This document shows, in pieces, positions 55,303 through 64,000 of a DNA stretch of 64,000 nucleotides. Within the stretch, counting starts at the first letter, position 1. Each line of letters opens with the position of its first letter. Below the pieces are notes generated by a model. That model did no database searches and was not told the DNA's origin. It worked only from the letters and a program-made list of their open reading frames with translations. Position numbers and translations under genes: made by a program. Origin of the DNA: an uncultured Hormoscilla sp. Lineage in GTDB: Bacteria > Cyanobacteriota > Cyanobacteriia > Cyanobacteriales > Desertifilaceae. The stretch is from the NCBI GenBank assembly GCA_963921275.4, contig OZ001293.3, positions 4,864,001-4,928,000 of the forward strand. The letters run 5' to 3'.

Positions 55303-56628
55303 TTAATGGGAAAGTTCCTGGCGCAGGCGATAGAGAATAGTGTTAGAGTCTACCCGATCGAGAATGGATTGAATCACAGTATTAGCACCATGAGGTCCCC
55401 AGGTGCAACCTTGTTCTAGATAAACTTGGGCGGCGGTTCCCACTTTGTAAGCACCATATCCAGCTAAACAAGCTTGGGCGATCGCGGCCCCGCCAAAAGC
55501 GGTAATTCCGGTAGCACCAGTAACAGCAGCGGTAGTTTTGCCCAACCCAAAGAGCAAACTACTGCCCAATTCACCCAGCATTAAGCCCCCAGAACTAAAT
55601 ACAATGGTCTTCCACAGCTTACTAGCAGTATAGTTGGTCATGGGTAAACCATATAATTTTCCCAACTCCCGAATCAAAGCTAAATCAGTTACCGCCCCTC
55701 CTATAACATCTAAGAGGGCGATGGGGTTTACGGCCACAGCTATGGCCTTATAGCGAGCAAACTTCCAAATTAAATCTTCTGCTTGAGAACTGCGATATTG
55801 CACAGTTTTGCGAGCAATGCTAGTCTCCGCTTCCCGGGCCTGGACCAGGGCATTCAGGGCCAGCAGCGATCGCCCTTCGCGGTTGAGCAGATCGACAATT
55901 TTCTGCCGCAACTCATCCACCTGGGATGGGGGGGTTTCCCATTCATAACTAACAGTACCATCAGGCAACTCCACCCGCACCTGTCTAGACATTGGTGCCG
56001 CTGCCACCCGGACAATTTCATTGCGAGTCAGCAGGTTGCCACCAGTGCCTCCGAGTTGTTGTAACTTCTGATAAATTGCCTCCAAGTCCTGTTCTGGATA
56101 GAGGTCAATCTTATTAAACACCAAAATTAGCGGTTTTTGAGCCTGCTGGAGGTCCAAAAGTGCATCATACTCAGTGCGGGTAATATCCCCAGCGACCACA
56201 AATAAAATCAAGTCTGACTGCTGCGCCACCTGCTGCGCCATATCTGATCGGACTTGACCTGCAATTTCATCTAATCCCGGCGTGTCAATTAACTCCACCT
56301 GCACCCTCCCTCCCCCACCATCCGTCCACCGGACCAAACGGGGCCATTGAGTCACTCCATGAATGGGACCAGTTTGCAGGATTTTTTCCCCCAATAAAGC
56401 ATTTAAAACCGCTGACTTGCCGCGACTGACTAGACCAAAAACAGCGATTCTAATTATAGTATTATCCAGTTTATCTAACACGGACTTCAACAGATCCAGT
56501 TCCGGTTGCACTGGCAGCGATCGCATGCGACCGTGTCCGTATTGAGACAGGGCTTGCCTGATACTAGCACGAGCCTGATTTAAGTGAATTTTTTGTGCTA
56601 ACCCATCACCTGATTTATTCTTTCCCAT
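55303..56628 (-). CDS. GTP-binding protein with DUF697 C-terminus
   Basis: GLVSRGKS, DTPG, NKID; hydrophobic Gly/Ala-rich tail. Confidence 0.88.
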   Translation of the reverse strand: MGKNKSGDGLAQKIHLNQARASIRQALSQYGHGRMRSLPVQPELDLLKSVLDKLDNTIIRIAVFGLVSRGKSAVLNALLGEKILQTGPIHGVTQWPRLVRWTDGGGGRVQVELIDTPGLDEIAGQVRSDMAQQVAQQSDLILFVVAGDITRTEYDALLDLQQAQKPLILVFNKIDLYPEQDLEAIYQKLQQLGGTGGNLLTRNEIVRVAAAPMSRQVRVELPDGTVSYEWETPPSQVDELRQKIVDLLNREGRSLLALNALVQAREAETSIARKTVQYRSSQAEDLIWKFARYKAIAVAVNPIALLDVIGGAVTDLALIRELGKLYGLPMTNYTASKLWKTIVFSSGGLMLGELGSSLLFGLGKTTAAVTGATGITAFGGAAIAQACLAGYGAYKVGTAAQVYLEQGCTWGPHGANTVIQSILDRVDSNTILYRLRQELSH

Positions 56629-56843
56629 CTTTTATCCTCTTGCAGATATTCAAATTTTTATTATTATAAACAAATAATCATTATATTGTCAAGTTAATAT
56701 TGGCGATAATTCCGAAATAAATATATTCCTCAAGGTATCTACTTGGGCTTTTGCGGGTATTTAAGGTGTCATGCCCGCGTGCAGTTGTCGTTGGGAATAT
56801 AGTCAAGAAAATTCAAGCAGTCAAGGAAGATCGGAGAAGCAAA

Positions 56844-57210
56844 ATGGAAATAGATGAAGATCTCAAGGCGTTCCTAGTCGAAAGCAACGAAAATCTGAAT
56901 CAGCTAGAGAGTGATTTGATTGTTTTGGAGCAAAATCCAGCTGACGAAGAACTGCTCAACCGTATTTACCGCGCCCTTCACACCCTCAAAGGTAACTGCG
57001 GCTTCCTGGGTTTAGAAAAACTCCAATCAGTTGCCCATGCTGCTGAAAACATGCTCAGCAGCCCTGCGCGATCACCAGTTAACACTCAATCCGGAAATCG
57101 CCAACGCCCTGCTACAAGTAATAGACGCGGTGCGGCAAATTCTTACCACTCTGGAATCGACGGGTTCGGAAGGCGATCGGGACTACACGGGATTGGTAGA
57201 GAGATTGCAG
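56844..57210 (+). pseudogene. CheA-like Hpt domain remnant
   Basis: FLVESNENL..LE, IYRALHTLKGNCGFLG; frameshift near 57061; cut off by IS630. Confidence 0.8.
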
Positions 57211-57960
57211 CAGAATTTATAGAAAAAAACAACGATGTTACTTTAGAAGAACTGTGCGAATTACTGAAAGAAAAAATGGGAGTGTTGATTAGTCGAGCTA
57301 CAATGGGAAGGATGATAAAAAAGCTAAATTTTACATGGAAGCAAAAAACTTTGCACCCTAATGAAAAAGAGAGCGACAGAGTGCTTTCTTTGAGAGTATA
57401 GTTCTGGGAAAAAATGCGCTCTATCCCAGTCAAGGACTTGGTTTTCATTGATGAGTCTGGAGTGAATTTAGGTTTTGTCCGATTTTTTGCTCGGACATTG
57501 TGCGGTCAAAGAGCTCGGGGAAATCGTCCTCATAAACGAGGTAAAAATGTCTCAATGGGGCTATTGCTAAAAAAGCAATTGTCGCATCTACTAAGATTTT
57601 AGGAGCAGCCGATGGTTTAGTTTTTGAAGCTTTTATTATCAATAAGCTAGTTCCTAAAATCTGGCCAGGTGCTCATGTAGTGCTAGATAATAGTAGCACT
57701 CATAAAGGAAAAGAGATTGAAAAAGCAATTGAAGAAGCCGGAGCATCATTAGTATTTTTACCTCCTTATTCTCCTGAATTTAATCCAATAGAAAAATTTT
57801 GGCTCTTCGTAAAATCAATTCTTCGTTCCCTCAAACCGAGAACTTATCTTGAGTTACAATCAGCTCTAAAAAAAGCTTTTGATCTCGTCTCGCTAAAAGA
57901 TATTGAGAACTGGTTTGTACATTGCTGTTATGGTACTACAGTAATTTGAGAAACGCTATA
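57205..57960 (+). mobile_element. Degenerate IS630-family element
   Basis: FIDESG, LDNSSTHK, LPPYSPEFNPIE across a stop and frameshifts. Confidence 0.85.
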
Positions 57961-58547
57961 ACTACAGTTAGAGCTCTCCTTTCTCTTGCTTTCCCTGCTA
58001 TGTCCTTGACTCTTTCTTCTAGACCGTGTAGGGCAATGTTTGCCAATAATGGCGATATTACTCCCCCTTGTGGGGTTCCCTCATCGGTCTTATGAAATTA
58101 TCCTCCATCAATCACGCCTGCTTTTAGCCATGCGCGGATCTGTCTCCGGAAGATTGGTGAGGTATTTAGTTTTTTGAGTAGCGCCTTGTGGTCAATCCTA
58201 TCAAAGGATTTTGCAATGTCTGCATCTAACACTCATTTGGGTTTCTGTTTGATGCTCAGGAATATTGCTTCTATTGCGTCATGGCTTCCTCTCGGGCGTC
58301 TGAATCCATATGAGTTGGGTTCCATATACGCTTCCCATTCTGGTTCTAACGCAAGTTTTACCAACCCTTGAAGTGCGCGGTCGTACATTATGGGGATTCC
58401 TAATGGACGTTTTTCGTCTCTCCCTGCTTTGGGTATCCACACGCGCCGTGCGGGCCTAGCCTTGTTTGAGATTTTTAGTTGTCCTACCAATTCTAGTCGT
58501 TGCTTGGTTGTGAGAGATTTGACACCGTCTATACCAGCAGTCTTTTT
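57961..58547 (-). pseudogene. Group II intron reverse transcriptase fragment (outer twintron)
   Basis: KKTAGIDG, RPLGIP, SYGFR, LDADIAKSFD, GTPQGGVISPLLANIAL with stops. Confidence 0.88.
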
Positions 58548-60780
58548 GTCGGGTAAGAGAGGACACGTCACCGTGCCTCCCTCCCCTAAGAACCGGACTT
58601 GACAGTTTCCCATCATCCGGCTCAAGCCTCCTAAACCTCAGAATGTTTACCTGTGTGTTCATGCCTGTGACAGGCAAGGTGTTGGTGGACAAGGTTTTCT
58701 GCCTTGTCTGTTCCACCGTCTTTCACCCTGATAATGTAATGGGTGTGCAGTTTTTCTCCGTTGAACAAGTGTTCGCCACATACTGGGCATTTCCAATTTT
58801 GCTTGAGGGCAACCTGATAGAGTTTTGAACCTTTTGCCCAGTATGATTTACAGTATTTTGTTTGGCGGTTTTGCCAATATTTGGCAAGTGACGGGTCGTC
58901 AGGAGATGCCGTGCCTTTGACTTTGACATGACGTACTATGGGAATGTGTGCCAGTTTGGGTAAAGTTATTATTGTGTCCTTACCCTGTCTGGATTTAACC
59001 GATTGAGCAAAATTCCACTTTGTCCCGTTGATTGTTCTGAAGTATCTCGATGCTACCCACTTTTTCCCCTTATTCGGATGTCTTCTTAGAGGGTGTCTGT
59101 AAATAAATCCTTAAGCAGCGAGACGATTCAACATTAGTGAAATCATGGCAATGTGAACAACCGATTCGCTGATTTCTGGCAAACGCTCGTAATCTTTGCT
59201 CAAGCGCCGTTGTCGTCCTAACCAAGCTAGAGTCCGTTCTACAACCCAAGGTCGAGGTTGAACTTCAAAACCTTTACCTTTGCTGGGGCCTTGAACTACC
59301 TCCAAGCTTATATTGCACCCTCTCACTACCTGCTGCAATCGTTGGCCTCGATAGCCCCGATCAGCCCAAACCTGTTGTAACGTGGGGATACTTAGACTTG
59401 ATTCGGCCAGCAACATCCGCCCCGCTGTCACATCGGCCACATTCGCCGCATGAACAATTACCACTAATACCAACCCAATGTATCGACAAGGATATGACGT
59501 TTGCCCCCGTTGACTTTCTGGCCCCCATCAAAGCCGCGATCGCTGCCGCCCACGTCAGTCGTTTTCACAGATTGACTATCTTAGATGGCCCCTGTGCGTT
59601 GGGCATTGCGCCCAGATTGTTGACGCACGCGGGTTCGCAAGGTCTCGTGAATCCCTTGCCAGACTCCGAGTTTCTGCCATTTTTGCCGTACACCGTCAGA
59701 GGCGGTGGGAAGTCATGGGGTAATAGTTGGCACAACCACTTTCAAAACAGGTTTCCCAAACGGGTTCCAGGGCATTCTTGACTATTGCCTGTGCTATTCT
59801 ATCTTTGAGCGTCGGAATACCTAATGGTCTTTGTTTTCCATTTGCTTTTGGTATGTAGACCCTTTTAGTTGGGCGAACTTTCCATAGGGTATTTGCCCGC
59901 ATTTCTCTAATTAGCTTCACTCTCTCTTTTGGGATTAGTGCCGTCTGACCATCTAGACTGGACGTTTGTTTCCCTTTATTCTCGAGGGTGACTCTTCGCA
60001 CAGATGATAGTAGGTTAGAGTAACTGCATAACATCAACTTCATCAGGCTTCTTACCTTATTCCATTGACCGTTCTGGGTTGCACAATATATTCTCTGTCT
60101 CAGGTTTCTAACAGGCTTCAACACGAGTTTTCAATCAATGGACCCCCAGTCTAAAGAGCGTTCCTTCATTCCGATGTCATTGCTGACCCTATCTTTCATG
60201 TCGGTTCGATTCCTTTACAAGTTTTCTATCGTTGGAGACCTGCTGAAGTCTGCCATCTTTCGATGTATGGCAAATCTTGAACCCCTATCCCTAGCATTAC
60301 CAAGGGCTTTCGCTTTTTCTAGCATCCTTTACCCTCTAGGTAGTTCCGTCTTCCTTAGGGTTGACCTACTCATATCATCGACCTGACCTGAGAACCTATA
60401 GGGTTTACCCTGTTCCGTACATTTAACCTTCAACCGATTCGGATTCCACTTATATTCCGGTGAGGATTTTGCTCTCTCGTTATTAGCCCAAGGTACTGCT
60501 AATAACCTACTCACTTGCCTTTTGGCTAGACTGTATCAGCCTTATTTCACTCTTCAGACATAACGGAATTTGCAGTGATTCACAAATGTTAACCCTTTTC
60601 GGTTTTCCCCTTGCCCTTTTACCGATTTCGGCTCTCAGTCGGAGGGCTTTCATGCCTTGCATTCCAGTAGTTTCATTACTTACTTCTACCCTGGAGTGTT
60701 GCCACTCCTTTTATGTGGGGACGGAAAGAGAGAGTTTTCCGAGACGGCTCCCCTGTTATTCAGCGCTGATGCGTCCTTAC
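58548..60780 (-). mobile_element. Decayed RT-encoding group II intron (inner twintron)
   Basis: 3' DV/DVI GAGCCGGATGATGGGAAACTGTCAAGTCCGGTTC...TTACCCGAC; HNH-like C-terminus (CPVCGEHL); RT N-terminus near 59700-60199. Confidence 0.8.
59098..59700 (-). mobile_element. IS5-family transposase fragment
   Basis: [18 protein letters not shown] segment, WADRGYRG, WVVERTLAWL...RLSKDYE. Confidence 0.82.
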
Positions 60781-60792
60781 TACCATTTAGCG

Positions 60793-61422
60793 CTAAAGCA
60801 GATCCTCGATCGCATCTTTAATCACGTCCAGCAAGCTGCTGCCTCCGATCGCCACAGCAATTAAAATAGAAGTGCTGAGAATGCCTGCCATTACACAAAG
60901 CACTAAACCGCCCATACTAATCGCTCCGTCATCTTCCATTAAACCAAATCCCGTGACGAAAATTCCTATTGCGGGTAAGCTACTTGTCCCCGGAATTGGT
61001 ATCATCATCAATACTGACATGAGGGCGATCCCCACCCCGAGAGTCACCCTCCCTGGCCAACTATTACAAATATAAGTCAGACGCGGACTAGAAATTGCTT
61101 CTATACGCCGCAACCAGGGAATACCTGCTTTGACCACCCCCCGCACCTTCTCTAATCGCATCGTACCCTTGAGCATCTTTTGGGGGAACCAGGGGCGTTT
61201 AGCACCCGCCATCAGCTGCATCGCCAAAAGAAACATTACTACTCCGAAAGGAACAGAATAACCAAAGGCAGGTACCGGCAAAGCTGGAGATAAAGAGAGG
61301 ATGACGAACAGAAAACCAAAAATCCTCTCTCCCGCTAGCTCAAGAAGAGCTGCTAAAGTTACCTTATCGGAACATTCTTCTTCAAAAAAATACCGTTGTA
61401 ATTCTACAGAAAGTCTAGCCAC
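60793..61422 (-). CDS. exoD: ExoD-family exopolysaccharide synthesis protein
   Basis: MARLSVEL, LP.PA.GYSVPFG, PIPGT..LPA. Confidence 0.88.
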   Translation of the reverse strand: MARLSVELQRYFFEEECSDKVTLAALLELAGERIFGFLFVILSLSPALPVPAFGYSVPFGVVMFLLAMQLMAGAKRPWFPQKMLKGTMRLEKVRGVVKAGIPWLRRIEAISSPRLTYICNSWPGRVTLGVGIALMSVLMMIPIPGTSSLPAIGIFVTGFGLMEDDGAISMGGLVLCVMAGILSTSILIAVAIGGSSLLDVIKDAIEDLL

Positions 61423-61501
61423 AGTGGGAATTCACCAATTATGATACTACACCGCCAGTTATAGCAGGGGGGGAACCCCCTGCGGGGTAACCATTGACAA
61501 A

Positions 61502-62791
<1,290 letters not shown>

Positions 62792-62964
62792 TTAAATAAC
62801 TATGTTGTTTAACTAACATACTATAGCTTACTTGCGGCTTGTTTGCCAAATTTTTTCTGGATATCTCGAGATTTCTGTTTAAACCGCCGGCGCTACACCC
62901 CTCCGACACCAGGCCCGGGCACCTATAGATTCTGTTGGCGAATTACCAGATTAGCCGCGATAAG

Positions 62965-62988
62965 GAGCAGGGAGCAGGGAGCAGGGAG
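62965..62988. repeat. Heptamer tandem repeat
   Basis: (GAGCAGG)x3. Confidence 0.7.
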
Positions 62989-63099
62989 AAAAGAGGAAAT
63001 CATTGATTTGTGGTAGTTCTGGAATTCTGGGGGCGTCGTCCCCCAGTCTATTCGCCAACAGCATCACCTATAGAAAGGGCTAGAGGAATGAACTTTTCT

Positions 63100-63300
63100 C
63101 GCCCAGGAATAATTTGTTCACTCCTGGGAATGAATATTATTTTCTAGGAGTGGCTCGTTCCCACCCAGGAATGATTCGTTTACTCCTGGGAATGATTCGT
63201 TCCCGCCCAGGAGTGGCTCTTGTCTGCCCAGGAGTGGCTCTTGTCTGCCCAGGAGTAAACGAGTTACTCCACGGAATAACTCGTTTACTCCACGGAATAA
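63100..63300. repeat. Degenerate 21-nt tandem repeat array
   Basis: CCCAGGAGTGGCTCTTGTCTG and ACTCCTGGGAATGA variants. Confidence 0.7.
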
Positions 63301-63504
63301 TATTATTTTTGGCTTTAATGATGATACAGTTAGTCGGCAGGGATTGAAGCTCATAACCGAGTGGCAGATCCCCCTTGACAGGAGGCAGGACAATGGATTA
63401 ATCTAAGACAATACAGGGCTTTGACAGAGCGATCGCTTATTACGGGCGGCGATGATGGCGATCGGAGGAAGAAGCGGCAAAATGATAATGTATTGCTATT
63501 GCTT

Positions 63505-63843
63505 ATGGTACTAACTATTGTAGCTGAACAGGCACCTCTAAAAGTTACTGCCGATCGGGTCGTTCGGGTAGGAAAAACTCGCGTAACACTTGACACCGTA
63601 GTTGCTGTCTTCAAACAAAGGGCAACCGCAGAAGAAATAGTTTATCGCTATCCGTCCCTGCTTCTGGCTGATGTTTACGCTACTATTGCCTTCTATCTCA
63701 ACTATCAGCCAGAAGTGGAAGCCTATTTACAGCAACGGCAGCAGCAATCCCAAGAAGTTCGTAGAATGAACGAGGCGAAGTTTGACCCCCAAGGGTTGCG
63801 CGATCGATTACTGGCTCGCAAAGTAGAAGGGGAAGCATGTTGA
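63505..63843 (+). CDS. DUF433-family antitoxin-like protein
   Basis: RVGKTRVTLDTVV..F..ATAEEI..YPSL.LADVYA. Confidence 0.85.
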   Translation: MVLTIVAEQAPLKVTADRVVRVGKTRVTLDTVVAVFKQRATAEEIVYRYPSLLLADVYATIAFYLNYQPEVEAYLQQRQQQSQEVRRMNEAKFDPQGLRDRLLARKVEGEAC

Positions 63844-63950
63844 AACTGCTTGCTAATGAAAACTTTGATAACACCATTGTTAGAGGACTGCTGCGTCGTA
63901 GACCGAGTATTGATATTGTTAGAGTTCAGGATGTCGGTTTATTGGGTGAA
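63837..63950 (+). pseudogene. DUF5615 PIN-like toxin, N-terminal part, probably interrupted
   Basis: MLKLLANENF..IVRGL..DIVRVQDVGL; homology appears to break at TATAGC near 63951. Confidence 0.6.
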
Positions 63951-64000
63951 TATAGCCCCACGGCGGGCCAGGAGGCTAATCGACAATGGTGCAAGATCTC

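Noticed and set aside
56751..57401. Apparent Hpt-HTH fusion protein
   Set aside because: Chimeric frame from a frameshifted cheA remnant running into IS630
57961..60199. Retron, DGR or CRISPR-associated RT
   Set aside because: Fragments carry group II intron features (RT0, HNH-like tail, DV/DVI); no template/variable repeat pair or msr-msd seen
63114..63393. Short ORFs on both strands
   Set aside because: By-products of the 21-nt repeat array

Overview
Cyanobacterial chromosome segment with abundant HIP1 (GCGATCGC). Heavy pseudogenisation suggests a filamentous, possibly host-associated lineage (inference). 1-16 kb is a phycoerythrin locus: cpeE, cpcD-like, cpeS, cpeT, cpeR, a double-domain linker, cpeZ, cpeU and a PE-II (MpeBA)-like subunit pair. 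It also holds a 950-aa protein joining an RHH/CopG DNA-binding head, a long tandem-repeat coiled coil and a C-terminal motif shared with the neighbouring linker. 16-23 kb is a restriction island (degenerate type I plus XamI-family type II). The rest holds an APH-like kinase, a HAD-aminotransferase fusion, a carotenoid oxygenase, a TPR protein, a group 2 sigma factor, carB, a decayed isiA cluster, pnp, SNF2/Uma2/SWIM, tlyA, a DUF697 GTPase, exoD and ahcY. The main non-coding signal is a family of ORF-less group II introns: four full-length elements and one 3' fragment. Two are near-identical copies at different loci, one is a nested intron/IS982/antisense-intron stack, EBS/IBS pairing is visible, and one 3' end appears non-canonical. 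There is also a decayed RT-encoding twintron, two IS982 copies, MITEs, and tiny mobile repeats inserted in frame into genes at HIP1-like sites. All calls come from reading the sequence; no database searches were run.
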